Assembly (NCBI RefSeq): GCF_001194135.2
Contig: NC_068998.1
Span: 14,179,594 to 14,217,231, forward strand
Direction of reading: 5' to 3'
Length of the DNA stretch: 37,638 bases
DNA from: Octopus bimaculoides
Lineage: Eukaryota
How positions within the stretch are numbered: the stretch's first letter is position 1; every line of letters starts with the position of its first letter. A program made the position numbers and the translations under genes. The notes under the pieces were generated by a model. The model saw only the letters and a list, made by a program, of their open reading frames with translations. It did not search any database and had not been told where the DNA came from. Shown here in pieces: positions 22,337 through 36,252 of this stretch.

Positions 22337-22921
22337 AACACACACATAAATCCATATATAGTAAAGGCTCAGCCTGAATGAAATGAACAGCAATGCATAT
22401 TAGGCTAACCACCGAGGTGCTCGCCTAATTCATGATCCCTATCTAGATCCCGATCTATGCTGTTGTTTGGGGAGTGATCCAGAGAGAAGTTGGCTTATCG
22501 TGAAGCGGTATGTCAAGAGAGACCCTCTCTGAATCTTTTATTCGCACATCAGTTATATAGAAAGAATCTGTTTACATTCTTATTTAATTTACAGTGAGGT
22601 TTTATAAAACCTGAATTTATTTCACGTCTGATTTACGCTCTGTTGGGTATAAATACTTTTAATTAATGACAAATCGTCAAAGGTAAGAGCATGCAAATTT
22701 GGTTATTCACCACGTTGTTAGCCTCAATCAAGTCTGTTATTGATTGGGGAAATAAACTGAGCGCATCTTCTCTAGAGAACGATCAAGAAACCGTGTACCT
22801 TCCGTTAGGAAGTTTCTTCACTCGTTTTCTGCACACCATGTGTATAGTGAGACCTAGTTTACAGTCTTATTTAACAAATAGCGGAGCTTTATAGCATTTA
22901 AAACTTACTTCAGTTCTGTTG

Positions 22922-22954
<33 letters not shown>

Positions 22955-23062
22955 CATACATACAAACGTACATACACACATACAAACAGACAAACAGACA
23001 GAAAAACACACACCTACACACATGCATGCTAACATACATGCACAAATACATACATACATCTA

Positions 23063-23631
23063 CAGCGGGTGTTTGGGTTACATTCGATGATATTTTATGA
23101 TTCTTCAAGAATAACTTGATGTTTTAGTGAAATGTCAACAGCGTTATAGAATATGGAGATTAAAGTTGTAGTTGAGAAAACGTTAACTGAAATGGAGGAC
23201 AGGAAGTCAACTGAATATTGTAAAAGAGTTGCCTGTATCAGAGTAATTAGTTTCGGTTGTCGTAGAATTTCTACGGCTTCATTAACCTCAATTTTTGGTT
23301 CCCTAATTACTCCGATTGTAATTCCACGGATTACTATGTGTAGGGCGCGGTCGAGAAATACATCAACCACTCTGCCTGCAACACCAAGACCGAACTCGGG
23401 CAAGATCAAGGAGGTGTTCGGAGATCTTCCTAGAGGCGCAGTGAGGGATGTGTGCACCAGGTACCGGAGCTGTCTCGAGGCCCTGGTGGAATGTGAAGGC
23501 TGCTATTGTCATCTCCCAGCCATAATCTAATTCATATTTGTTGATTTTTCAAAATGCTTTTATTTGTCGATAGGTTATTGTATTTTCTTTTCCTTTCATG
23601 CAAACTATCAAATTTTATCCCGAACATCCTA
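23063..23631 (+). mobile_element. Internally deleted Tc1/mariner (maT/DD37D-like) element
   Basis: Ends TA|cagcgggtgtttgggttacattcgat and atcaaattttatcccgaacatccta|TA are degenerate TIRs. 23293-23509 translates with a stop and a frameshift as FWFPNYSDCNSTDYYV*GAVEKYINHSACNTKTEL / KIKEVFGDLPRGAVRDVCTRYRSCLEALVECEGCY, the WPPxSPDxNPxDY..W motif plus C-terminus. Confidence 0.85.
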
Positions 23632-24241
23632 TATATATGTCAGTATGTTTTCTTAATCATAATCATAAGAACTGTCTTCATGAATAAATATATATTTTTA
23701 TATTCTAATTACGTTACTAAGTACTTTTAGACCTTTTAAAGACGTGATTTAATTGCAAAATGTATTAATTGCGAATAAATATTTGCGTTTCAATTTTTAA
23801 AAAAGTAGTTGTTATAAATTTCTACGTTTCCTTTTTATTTAAGTGAAGGTAACTTTCATAGATCCTGTTGTGTTTTAAAGTATAAAAACACTTGTGAAAA
23901 CTACGTTTGTGGTAAATAACATATGTTGAAACGTGATTGTTGTCGCTTTTTGAAGTACAAGAATAAATATGCACCGTATGAGTGATACCAGATTGAGTAT
24001 GGTGGATAGAATGAACGTGCATATCTGTTTACATTATCACGTGAATAAAAAAAGTCGTTTTTATACAGCCGAAGTCCTTTTGTGAATATCACGTATACGT
24101 CAATTTTGAAATTAAGACTAACAAGCCAGGAAATTTATTCTAGCTGATATATATATCTCGTAATCGGAGAAGGGATACACAAGTTGAATTGTAACTCATC
24201 GGTTGAAGAAGACAGAAAAAAAAAGAAGAATGTTGTAGATA

Positions 24242-24446
24242 GAGTATCTTCAAATTTGTCTCATAATATCGCATCAACCTCTTCGGGATTTATACTCCGA
24301 TCTACGTTTTATTATGAGGCATCATTTTCAACACTTATTGCTCTTCAAGAGCAAATACAGAAACCTATTGCAGGTCGTAGTCTTACGTTGTGCAACGACA
24401 CAGTAATGGAATTGCAGTTAAAAAGCAGTTCCAAGTGTCTCATTAA
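24242..24446 (+). mobile_element. hAT (Charlie/Buster, ZBED5/GTF2IRD2-like) transposase C-terminal dimerisation-domain relic
   Basis: Three frames join as EY.NLSHNIA...STFYYEASFSTLI / FKSKYRNLLQVVVLRCA / VKKQFQVSH*. This matches the family pattern EYP.L...A....F.STY.CE..FS.L..IK.KYRN.L.....LR.A....KKQ...SH*. Confidence 0.75.
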
Positions 24447-24770
24447 ATTTTGTCATAATACCTTACTTTTTTGAAATCTAAATAATTTTTTTATAATTTT
24501 ATATTTCAGTTGCAGGAGTTTTGATTTTATGATACCAATAAATTTCTTATATTCTTATATTTGTTTTTATGAAAAAATGTCATGTATATGAGCGTTGCAC
24601 AAAGAGATTTTCTTGATAATTTATATGCTGATTTAGTTATAATATGATTTTAAAAGTATATTCAAAAGGATATGTGAGGTGTACGTACGGTGGTGCATGA
24701 AGCAGAAGTAATGGGCAACACTCACCTCCCTACTCACAGGCACACACAGACAAAGGCACATACACACAAG

Positions 24771-24813
<43 letters not shown>

Positions 24814-25216
24814 GCAGACACACACACACACGCACACACATATATATATATACATATACATACATATATATATATATATATANNNNNNNNNNTATATACA
24901 TATAATAATAAGAAAGGAGTTACGACGCAAAAACGTATATATTAAATGAACATATTTATCTTCTTCAATATATACTTCAGTATAAAGAATTCATTAAGAG
25001 ACTTAATTAATCAAAATTACTTTACACATCTTCAGGAAAAAATAAATATAATACCAGAAAAACACACTCGGGTTAAAAATACAATCCGTTCATGGCGAAA
25101 ATTTCACATACATATGTATATATATGTGTGTATGCATATGTATATTTAGATGTATGTTCAAGCATACATTCAAGCATCTTTTGCCATTGAGTTACAGTCT
25201 CAAACACAGATGTTTG

Positions 25217-25460
<244 letters not shown>

Positions 25461-26537
25461 GCTTATGTACGTATGCATATACATATACATGCAATATCAA
25501 TATATCAAACTGATATTGTAGGTGTATAGAAAAGAAGCGTGTGAAGGACAAGGAGTGGAACATTTTTGGTGGATCTAAACTCCATTAAAATTCTTTAATA
25601 TTGTTCCAAATTTTCGGAATATTGTTGGAATCGTTTATTTGAAAGTACTAAGTTAAAACGTAACATTACAGATCTTTCTTTTAGTCCATGAGTGTCTTGA
25701 AATAAGATTAATAACTTACGGTATAGGCAAGCCTTACAGCATATCTTTGAACGAAAGTTCTTGTGTCCGTATAAAAAAGCATTTAAAAGCATTGACGATT
25801 TCATTTTAAAACGAATCAGACTTTTTGGAAAAATCATATGTGATAAGAAAGTCTTGTAAAAAATCATTTCTTCACTTTTGGAATGAATGAATGCATTGAT
25901 AAAAGGAACATTAAAGCAGTTGCAGGCTAATCCATTATAAGGTATATGTATAGTGTTATGATCTTGATACAATATATTAAGGCCTTCAGAAGAGAATTAC
26001 CGTTAAGGGAGCAATTATTTGACGATGAATATAGCGATATAGCCCTGTCAAAAGAAATATTTATCAAAATAAGAGTTTTCGTTGTTGAAAGGAGTTTCTT
26101 TAAAGTGTTAACGACAGAGAAATATATTATAGTCATTATTATTGCTAATGTTTAAATGTCAGCGCCATGTAAGTTACGATGAATGGAAAGACATATTCTC
26201 GAAATATACTCAAGAGGAGTCCCCCCCCCCCAAAAGACGTTCTTAGAATGAAAGGTTGTTCGTCCATTTTGGAGATAAATGTTAAGGAAGATGATACGTT
26301 GAAGGATTCGAATCTGTAAATGGAAAATACATGCAGAGTGACCTGTGGTGGTTGTTATTAAATAATTCATTTCACTTTTGCTCGAATAAGTCATCCATCA
26401 ACATACTACCTGAATGACATTAGTCTCATATTTTGTTGTGGAAGCGGAGTACTCGAAAACTTTTAAACACACATATGTCAATATGTGTGTAAATACATAC
26501 ATCCATAATACATACATACATACATACATACATACAT

Positions 26538-26600
<63 letters not shown>

Positions 26601-27069
26601 AACCATAAAAGTCAGGCAGTATGAAAGATGAATTTATTTATTTAACCACTTAATATCATAAGAATTACGGCTGTTTCGCAGCCTACGTTATATTATACAC
26701 ATATTTTCAGTGTATAATAAATTATTTTACATATATGTACCTCCATGCATGTTTCGCCTTGTAAAGAACAAATTAATGAGGATAAAGGAGCTCTTCAGTT
26801 AACCAGAACATCATGATTACACAAATGCTTCAGCCGGGTCCACGACAGGAGCTTTCTGTGCTAGCTACAAGATTCTATGATTCCATATATAACACTACAG
26901 ATATGTATGTCTGTATGTATGTCTGTCTGTCTGTCTGTCTGTATGTATGTATGTATGTATGTATGTATACATCTGTCTATCTAGCTTTCTATATGCATAT
27001 TTGTGTGCACAGGTATGTCTGTATCTACGTCTTCATTTATTTACACATAATTATTTCTGAATGCGAGCG

Positions 27070-27128
<59 letters not shown>

Positions 27129-28864
27129 GCAGACACATACATTTGTGTGTCTTCTCTTCTGCTTTGTTACAGGTTAATTGTGATTTATGAACAATTGGTG
27201 ACAATAACTAATTCAGAGTGAAATATATATTATCAACGACATCATCTACACTGATGAGGATGAGGGCGGCGATGAGGAGCATAGTGATGCATACACATAC
27301 ATGTGTGTATATATGTGTTCATATCTGTGACTGAGTATGGGGGGGGGGCTTCTGTGTGTAAGTGCGTTTGTGAATACATATATATTACGTATGTATTGTA
27401 TGAATGCGTGTGATGACTCTTTAACCTTATAAACGCGTCAGCATTTAGTGAGGTTTCGATAGGTTTCCTTGTAGTTAATTGATTGACTATAACAGCGTAG
27501 TTGAATGGATCATTTATCGAACATGAATGAGTCATAACCATCGTAAGTTATAGCCAGCGTGAGTATGTGCATGTGGGAGTATGTGTGTGTGTGTGCTTAT
27601 GTTAATTACTGTGTATACATGCATGAATGTGTAACGCAAAATGCTGGTAGATTCCTATATCAGCACAAATGAAGCGTTGCATTTATTCTTACGCAATAAA
27701 ATCGATTAAATTGGCCCCGGAATGATGAAAGGCAATAATTAACCCGATGGGATTACACTCACTGCAGAATGAGATTAGTTAGAAAGAGCAACCAAACAGC
27801 GTCTTAACAAAGGAAGGAGAGAATCCTTGATACACTTACCACGTCTATTTTAAAGGCTACATAAGCTCTCTTGTATTCAAGCAAATGAGTTTATGCCGTT
27901 CCAGAAGAAGGAACTGCATATGCATATTGCTGGTTTTGATGAACTTTTGCCAAGAACCGGTTAGTGAGAAATGTTTTCTCAGTTGCTCCAAGTTGTGATC
28001 ATGGCCGATGGTAAAACATAGTGGAAAAGCAGCTAATTCATCTTTTCGCACCCTTTCCATCACAGTGAATTTCATACTCCCTGGTGTACAGTACAAAGTA
28101 TATTGTAGAAAGAAAAGCANNNNNNNNNNNNNNNNNNNNNNNNNNNNNNNNNNNNNNNNNNNNNNNNNNNNNNNNNNNNNNNNNNNNNNNNNNNNNNNNN
28201 NNNNNNNNNNNNNNNNNNNNNNNNNNNNNNNNNNNNNNNNNNNNNNNNNNNNNNNNNNNNNNNNNNNNNNNNNNNNNNNNNNNNNNNNNNNNNNNNNNNN
28301 NNNNNNNNNNNNNNNNNNNNNNNNNNNNNNNNNNNNNNNNNNNNNNNNNNNNNNNNNNNNNNNNNNNNNNNNNNNNNNNNNNNNNNNNNNNNNNNNNNNN
28401 NNNNNNNNNNNNNNNNNNNNNNNNNNNNNNNNNNNNNNNNNNNNNNNNNNNNNNNNNNNNNNNNNNNNNNNNNNNNNNNNNNNNNNNNNNNNNNNNNNNN
28501 NNNNNNNNNNNNNNNNNNNNNNNNNNNNNNNNNNNNNNNNNNNNNNNNNNNNNNNNNNNNNNNNNNNNNNNNNNNNNNNNNNNNNNNNNNNNNNNNNNNN
28601 NNNNNNNNNNNNNNNNNNNNNNNNNNNNNNNNNNNNNNNNNNNNNNNNNNNNNNNNNNNNNNNNNNNNNNNNNNNNNNNNNNNNNNNNNNNNNNNNNNNN
28701 NNNNNNNNNNNNNNNNNNNNNNNNNNNNNNNNNNNNNNNNNNNNNNNNNNNNNNNNNNNNNNNNNNNNNNNNNNNNNNNNNNNNNNNNNNNNNNNNNNNN
28801 NNNNNNNNNNNNNNNNNNNNNNNNNNNNNNNNNNNNNNNNNNNNNNNNNNNNNNNNNNNNNNNN

Positions 28865-29171
28865 ACGTGCAAGTGGCTGAGCACTCCACAGACACGTGTA
28901 CCCTTAACGTAGTTCTCGGGGATATTCAGCGTGACACAGTGTGACAAGGCTGACCCTTTGAATTACAGGCACAACAGAAACAGGAAGTAAAAGTGAGAGA
29001 AAAGTTGTGGTGAAAGAGTACAGCAGGGTTCGTCACCATCCCCTGCCGGAGCCTCGTGGAGCTTTTAGGTGTTTTCGCTCAATAAACACTCACAACGCCC
29101 GGTCTGGGAATCGAAACCGCGATCCTATGACCGCGAGTCCGCTGCCCTAACCACTGGGCCATTGCGCCTCC
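28865..29171 (-). mobile_element. tRNA-headed SINE, family S-A (3' end runs into a gap)
   Basis: Minus strand ggaggcgcaatggcccagtggttagggcagcggactcgcggtcataggatcgcggtttcgattcccagaccgggcg has an A box (tggcccagtgg) and B box (gtttcgattcc), followed by a non-tRNA body of about 230 bp. Not a tRNA gene. Confidence 0.85.
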
Positions 29172-29494
29172 ACATGAATGGCGAGTAAAGTGAAGGAAGG
29201 AAACAAGAAGTGAAGAACGGGTGGTTGAGAGATAGAAAGCTTTGCAGAGGACAGGAAAGAATGCAGATTAGAAGAAAAGAGACCAAGATCTATATGTGTG
29301 TCTGTGCTGGTATGTAATGCTTCGATCGTTCATTGCTTTGTTGATCAAGTTTATGGCGGCCAAATTTAATAACATGTATTGCAGCCATTCTTTTGTCAAG
29401 ACGAAATATGCCTGTATTTCCCTTGTGAGACATGTAACTTGTATGGCAAGCACCGCGTTAGTAACAACAACAATGACAACAACAACAACAACAA

Positions 29495-29693
29495 CAAGGC
29501 CTGAATTTTTTTGGGAGGAGGGGGATAGTCGATCACATCAACCCCAGTACGCAACTGGTAACTAATTTATCGACCCCCGAAAGAATGAAAAGCAAAGTCA
29601 ACCTCGACGGAATTTGAACTCAGAACTTAAAGACACACGAAATACCGCTAAGCATTTCGTCTGGTATGCTAACAATTCTGCCGGCTCGCCGCC
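29495..29693 (-). mobile_element. SINE S-B, near full length, with (GTT)n tail
   Basis: Minus strand ggcggcgagccggcagaattgttagcatacc...ttctgagttcaaattccgtcgaggttgactttgc...tggggttgatgtgatcgact...aggccttg, then (GTT)n. Confidence 0.9.
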
Positions 29694-29712
29694 TTTATAA
29701 TAATAATAATAA

Positions 29713-29794
29713 TCCTTTCTACTAAAGGCACAAGGCCTGATATTTTGGGGNNNNNNNNNNNNNNNNNNNNCATCGACTCCGAAAGGATGAAAGG
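29713..29794 (-). mobile_element. SINE S-B 3' fragment containing a 20-N gap
   Basis: tcctttctactaaaggcacaaggcctgatattttgggg is identical to the start of 29918-30035. Confidence 0.7.
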
Positions 29795-29802
29795 AAAAAA
29801 TG

Positions 29803-30035
<233 letters not shown>

Positions 30036-30045
30036 AACGTAGCCA

Positions 30046-30124
<79 letters not shown>

Positions 30125-30146
30125 AATAGTAATGATGATGATGATG
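30046..30146. repeat. Compound (TAC)n-(TAA)n-(TGA)n trinucleotide array
   Basis: Direct reading. Confidence 0.9.
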
Positions 30147-30269
30147 TGTAAGCGTACACTATCAAAGTTTTCCTATATCAATAAACGGATTGTCAGCTAT
30201 CGCAAACGCAGTCACCTAATAGCAATGGATGAAGGCAACAGTTGGCTTCTGAACATGCACTCTAGAAAA

Positions 30270-30317
<48 letters not shown>

Positions 30318-30339
30318 AACACACACAAACACACACACA

Positions 30340-30532
30340 CTAACACACACACACACAATAAATATATGTATACACACATTCCTACATGTAGGTCAACGTA
30401 TATATACAAAAGTACACTCACACACACACACACACACAAACGCACACACACAAACACACACTAACACGCACACACAATAAATATATGTATACACACATTC
30501 CTACATGTAGGTCAACGTACATATACAAAAGT

Positions 30533-30536
<4 letters not shown>
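30340..30536. repeat. Tandem duplication, period about 119 bp
   Basis: caataaatatatgtatacacacattcctacatgtaggtcaacgta(t/c)atatacaaaagtacac occurs twice, separated by CA-rich sequence. Confidence 0.9.
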
Positions 30537-30564
<28 letters not shown>

Positions 30565-30837
30565 GTATATATATACATGCATACATTTATTTATGCATAT
30601 TTACATACACATGTGAGTATTGGAAGAACTCAATTATGCATATACAGTAGCGTTATTTAATTTATAGCTAATAGTACATTTATGATTACATGTTAATTAT
30701 TTTCGTTCATTTAGTTACAATTCAAGCAACATGCAAATGGAAGAAACATTTTCTTTTCTCTTTTAAATGATATAAAGTTAAATATATTGGCGTTTTGTTT
30801 AGATTATTTGTTGAATAAAATTTATTGAAAAAAAACC

Positions 30838-30863
30838 CTGCAATAATTATGCACCAACCTATT
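30838..30863. mobile_element. Isolated mariner-type TIR
   Basis: ctgcaataattatgcaccaacctatt resembles the Hsmar1/MADE-type TIR (gcaattacttttgcaccaacctaata); no partner end identified. Confidence 0.4.
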
Positions 30864-31291
30864 AATTGTTCACGATATTGATAATGCTACAAAATTAACA
30901 TTTATCACATATAATATATTTTTTGAAATTAAATATGTACTTTAAACTCGACATATATGAGTCATGTGGTTCCACTATTTAGTTGGGTAACACAGCTATG
31001 AAGAATCATCTATAATGCACCATTGATGTGTATCTGCAATCTATGATTTCGTTGAAAAAATTTTTTTTGCAACAACTCATCTTTTGACTTTTAATTTTTA
31101 CGTGTGTCAGTCATCATATTGCAGACATGCTGGACATTGCGTTGACGGGTTTTAGTGGAAAGATATCAGTAGCTAACTTCAATCTGTCCCTTGCGCATGC
31201 GCACTAATTAGGTACTCGACACTTCAGTATGGTTCGAGGTGAACCCACGACGAGACAGATTGTACTTTTTGCTCTTGGAATTAACCTCAAC

Positions 31292-31522
31292 ATGGAGAAA
31301 CAAAGCGAATATCATCGACACAGCATAGTTTTATATTTGAAAAAAGGCAAGAAACCGGTGGAAACTTGCAGGAAGATATTCGCTGTGTATAGAGAAGATG
31401 TTGTTATGGAACGTGAGTGCCAGAAGTGGTTTACAAGATTTCGATCGGGAAATTTTTCGGTTTAAGACGCACCCGACTCTGGCCGGGCAGCTGAGATTAA
31501 TTGCGACAAAATAGAGTCAGTC
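31292..31522 (+). mobile_element. Mariner transposase N-terminal HTH remnant
   Basis: MEKQSEYHRHSIVLYLKKGKKPVETCRKIFAVYREDVVMERECQKWFTRFRSGNFSV*DAPDSGR matches the Mos1/Hsmar-type N-terminus (F.KG.....C....YG......R.CQ.WF.RFRSG.F...D.PRSGRP), with one in-frame stop. Confidence 0.85.
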
Positions 31523-31659
31523 GACGCCAGGATGCTCGGAGACATTTCCCAAATATTCAAATTGAGTGTTGAGAAAATCATCTGGTTTCCGTTCTGCAAG
31601 CACATTCACAGAGATAACACTCTGTCTCCTAGCATTACCAGCCGAGTTGTAACGGTAGT

Positions 31660-31935
31660 AGACTGACGGTTGTGATGGTAATGGGTTGATAGTGATAGTA
31701 TGAGGTGTAATTGTGATAGAGGCAGAAGCCACGGGGATGATGGTGGTGATGGTGGTAGCTGAAGAAGTCAGGGAATTGGTGATAGTAAGCGATTTGAAAG
31801 ACAGTGGTAATGGTGGTAGAGGGGTAGGCGGTGAAGTCAAAGGTATTGATGGTGGTGGCATCAAAAGTTTGAATGGTGTCTGTATGGCAATTGTGGTGGT
31901 GATGGTGGTGGTACTGGTGATTGTGATGGTTGAAA
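31660..31935. repeat. Degenerate (GGT/GAT)n low-complexity tract
   Basis: Repeated tggtggtgatggtg and gtgatagtg units; explains the Thr/His/Val-rich ORFs. Confidence 0.75.
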
Positions 31936-32218
31936 ACAATCAACAGAAAAAGAGAGAGGGAGAGAGAGGGAGAGAGAGAGGGGGGAGAGAGAGAGAGAAA
32001 GAAAGAAAGAAAGAAGCCAGACAGAAAAAAATTGTACCGACTTCTGAATGGGAAGACAAAAAATGTTGTTTATCATGCAGCTTTGCAATAAGTTCCAAAT
32101 TGTTCATTGCGTGAAAAATATTGGTCAAGTTTAATAAAATTTAATATGTACTCAATGCATGAAGTGTTATTTGGGCCCAATGCCCAATGAAGACCCGATA
32201 GGGCCACTTTAAAGCTAG

Positions 32219-32348
<130 letters not shown>

Positions 32349-32553
32349 GAACACACATACATACATATTACATGTACATATATTCATAATGCTCGCATTT
32401 AGACATAGGCATCTACTTTGTGAAGGACTCCTTTCATACCAACATACACGCACGAGCGCATATAATTCAGTTAACTGTTCTTTGCTTTTCGTTTTCTTAG
32501 TAGGTGCTTAATTATAAGAACGTATTCTTTCTCCGCCTCCGAAACATGTTATC

Positions 32554-32554
<1 letters not shown>

Positions 32555-32617
<63 letters not shown>
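32555..32617. repeat. (TAA)n array
   Basis: Direct reading; source of the poly-Asn ORF. Confidence 0.95.
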
Positions 32618-33889
32618 CATTCAAAGAGTATGCAGATCATTCACGAACGTGAGTGTACAAAATTTATGTTTACATTATTCCACATTCTAAAGCAAATGTC
32701 TGTAACATTTGTTGGTATTGTGATATTTGAAGGAGAAAAGAAATGCATATTTATCGCTTTGAATTATTTAAATTTTCTTCTGGTCATTTCAAATTATCTG
32801 TGACTCGCTTTCATCTTAATGAACAATACACAGCGCATTGTCGCAGAGAATATTAGCATTGTAATTTTTAATAAAAGCAATGGTTTGCAATTCCTCATAA
32901 TACATTTGTTGGTGCATATTAAACAAATCTAATACGTTGAAAAATATAATTTCCTTCAAGAATCGAATTTGCAACTATTATTCTATCTCGGTTTATAGAG
33001 TCTAGGAATTCAGTTTTGTAGTTTCACTAAACTTTCAGCCAAAACACTTCATACTTCGATGCTTAATGCCGTGTTTACAAGGATTTGACATGAAAAGAAA
33101 ATATAGTATTTCGAGACCTGAAACGAGCCCTTCACAAAGTAGACGCCCATGATGGAAAGGAAAAGTCACGAAGAGTGGCGGTATAAAAAATCTCTATAAC
33201 GAACCGGCACTTGCATATTCATTTTATCTGTAACCCAAACTTGAATTCAAAGTCATATGATCAGTTTCTTGTATCGTTATTATGTATCGAACTCTCACCA
33301 GCAAACTAGTATTACAAACGGCCTTCACTCCTAACATATCATATTCTGGATCAATTAACCCAGTATATTCATCCGATTTTTAAGGTTGAGTGTACTCCCA
33401 GGACATTTTGACTGGATTTTACTAGAAGGCCGAGTGGCTGCACAAACATTCTTTCGTTGGGCGGCATATGACCAATAGATCTAGGACTGGTAAGTTGGCG
33501 AACAAAAACGTGAAGGGAAGGATGAAAAAGAACACCGATATGATAATATAACAACATAGTCTTTTTGTAAATCTTCAAGTTGAAAGAGGGAGAATTTTTC
33601 TGGTCATAGGCGAAAGTACTCGATTAATATGATTTTTCAACTTTTTGCCAAGAATTATTTTATGTATATAGAATGCAAATAGGCGATCGAGAACCGTTGA
33701 CCGAAAAAAAAAAAGACTGATCGGAATAATTAATTGTACGATAGCAAATATTAAATTAATATAATAAGGTAATATGATCAGGTTTTAATAACATAATCTT
33801 TTTTATTTCTGGTTAAAAGCGGGTATGTTTTGTGCAAAAATGTGCATATTTACGCTCTAGAAACATCGCAGACAAACACATAGCACGTA

Positions 33890-33932
<43 letters not shown>

Positions 33933-34204
33933 TTGCAGTTGCATATAACATGAGATTGTATTTTGTATAACACAGATAAATAAAAGGAAGTTCTTTTAAT
34001 AAAACGTAACAATATAAATTTTTACAGTTAACTTATTTTCATATTTCGAATACTTTCTTATAATTCGACTAACTGTTGATTCGAAGAACTGTTTTTCTTC
34101 TAAACCGCTTTATCGAACAATTGAACGATGTTGCGTACATTCCGTAAAAATACTTTGGATGAATTACTACCAAACCGATGTGTCTTATACACACTCCATT
34201 GAGT

Positions 34205-34427
<223 letters not shown>

Positions 34428-36094
34428 AGTTATCTTGGGTAACAAGGTGGAAGTTAAACACTCGACAATGAAAGGTCACTTTCTCAGTTCAATCTGATAT
34501 ATGAACGGATTTTGATATTTGTCTTTCGGCAGCCATTATCAAAAAGTTACCAAATTAATTTTTGACAACAGAAGATTACATTCTGGACCTGCAGGCGGTT
34601 TTCATTTATAACTCCACAAGTCTGCTTTTTTTTTTTACCATTCACAAATAACTCATTATACTTTTTAAAAAGTTACTTCCATTAAAAAGTAAGTCCGTCA
34701 TGTCATTTTATTACATGATTTTAACAACTCAACTAGTTAGTTATGCCGTTGCTGTTATTGTTTTGCATCAAATCATCCCTGAGATATTTGACCTATGATC
34801 AAAAAGACTTGCAGCTATGACTACTCCCGTCTCTGGGACGTCATTATCCATGCGTTCTTTCTTTTTCTTTTAAACATCTTAAAGACTAATTTTTTGTTGA
34901 AATAGACTAATTTTGAATCAATTTGAAAATAATGAAGAATTTACTTAGATGATTTTGCCATCGTTAATCTGTTATTTGGAACACAATTGATATGAGACTT
35001 CCATAGAAAGTTTTAATTCAAACAAAATTAATTAAATGAAATTTAATTGAAAAGTTCTCTTTGAATTAGGAAGTTAGTATCATATAACCAAGGGCAATCT
35101 CTGGTGGTTGGCTTCAAAAGGAAACCAACCTTTTTGAAAGCAAACGAAATGGCAGTGTTACTTGAGAACTACTACTTCTAGTCAATGCGGGTTCATGGTA
35201 CATGGTAAGGTGGTTTGACCATTTGACTGGCGGTTGCAACCTTGCATAAAAGCCAAAAATACCAAAAATTCCCACGAGATATCGTTTAATATATTTGTTT
35301 TAAATCTTTCTCTAAGATCGATAAAATCGATAGGAAAAATTCTGGAGAATTTTTAGTAGCAATTATTATTCATAGTCAGTTGTGGTAATAACGATTACAT
35401 ATGTTCATGTTACTGTAGTTATCAGCGGCGCATTTATTCTTATTGCTTTTGTTATTGCTGCTGTATTGTCAGGCGTGATCGAAATGACTTTATTCAAAAG
35501 TGTAGAAGTCGTAATCGTAGCTCTTTTTTTTTCACGTCGTAAAATTTTTTAGAAAACGATTTAATAGTGGTTCTCTGTGTGCTCGACTGTGTAGTGCACA
35601 ACAAATCAGATTTCAAATTAAATTTACTGGCACCGGTCGCATCGAAAGTTTTTTATTTTTAAAATATGCTTTAGAGTTAAAAAATTAGAAAAGAAATTGT
35701 TGCTTATCTTCATTTATTAATCTTGCTTGCGTGTAAAAAAATTATGAATTATACATTTTTCAAGGTGTCCAAGTATTAGTTGAAGTTTTTTAAAGCTATG
35801 AATTATATTTCTAAAAATCTTCAGCGTACTTTGATACCCCTTAAGAAGTACTGTGAGTGTACGCATTGTAAGAGATAGATTCAGCTGCTATTACTGTGAA
35901 TTCGAAAAACTGTGCAAATCCTTTTCTTAAAATCACTTTGTTGTTGTTGGGTTTAATGGTGGTGGTCTTAGTGGTGGTTATGGAAGCAATGCTAGTATTT
36001 CTGTCGGCGCTAACATCAATGACAGAAAGCGGTGAGGTAGCAGAGTTGTTAGAGATTTGCAATAAATTACTTTTGGGTATTTGATCCAGTGCTT

Positions 36095-36252
36095 AATATT
36101 CTAAGTTCAAAACATGCTGAGGTTAACTTTGATTCTCATTCATCCAAAGTCGATGAAATAAAATATCAGTGAAGTACACGGGTCGATGATATCGACTAAC
36201 CTCTTCGCATCAAATTTTCTGGCCTTACGTCTAAATCAAAGACCGTTATTAT
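36095..36252 (+). mobile_element. Diverged SINE S-B 3' two-thirds
   Basis: ttctaagttcaaa...gaggttaactttg...gtcgatgaaataa...gggtcgatgatatcgactaacc...ctggcctt...ttatt. Confidence 0.7.

Noticed and set aside
27857-28096. 79-aa minus-strand ORF next to a gap
   Set aside because: No motif recognisable in any frame; truncated by the gap.
29095-29171. tRNA gene
   Set aside because: It has A/B boxes but no convincing cloverleaf, continues into a SINE body and has a second truncated copy at 11532-11608.
31517-32114. Mucin-like or His-rich ORFs
   Set aside because: They arise from a degenerate (GGT/GAT)n tract plus a (GA)n run that is open in several frames.
33090-33620. Non-repetitive segment with a 69-aa ORF
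   Set aside because: Translations showed no convincing family motif, so it cannot be assigned.
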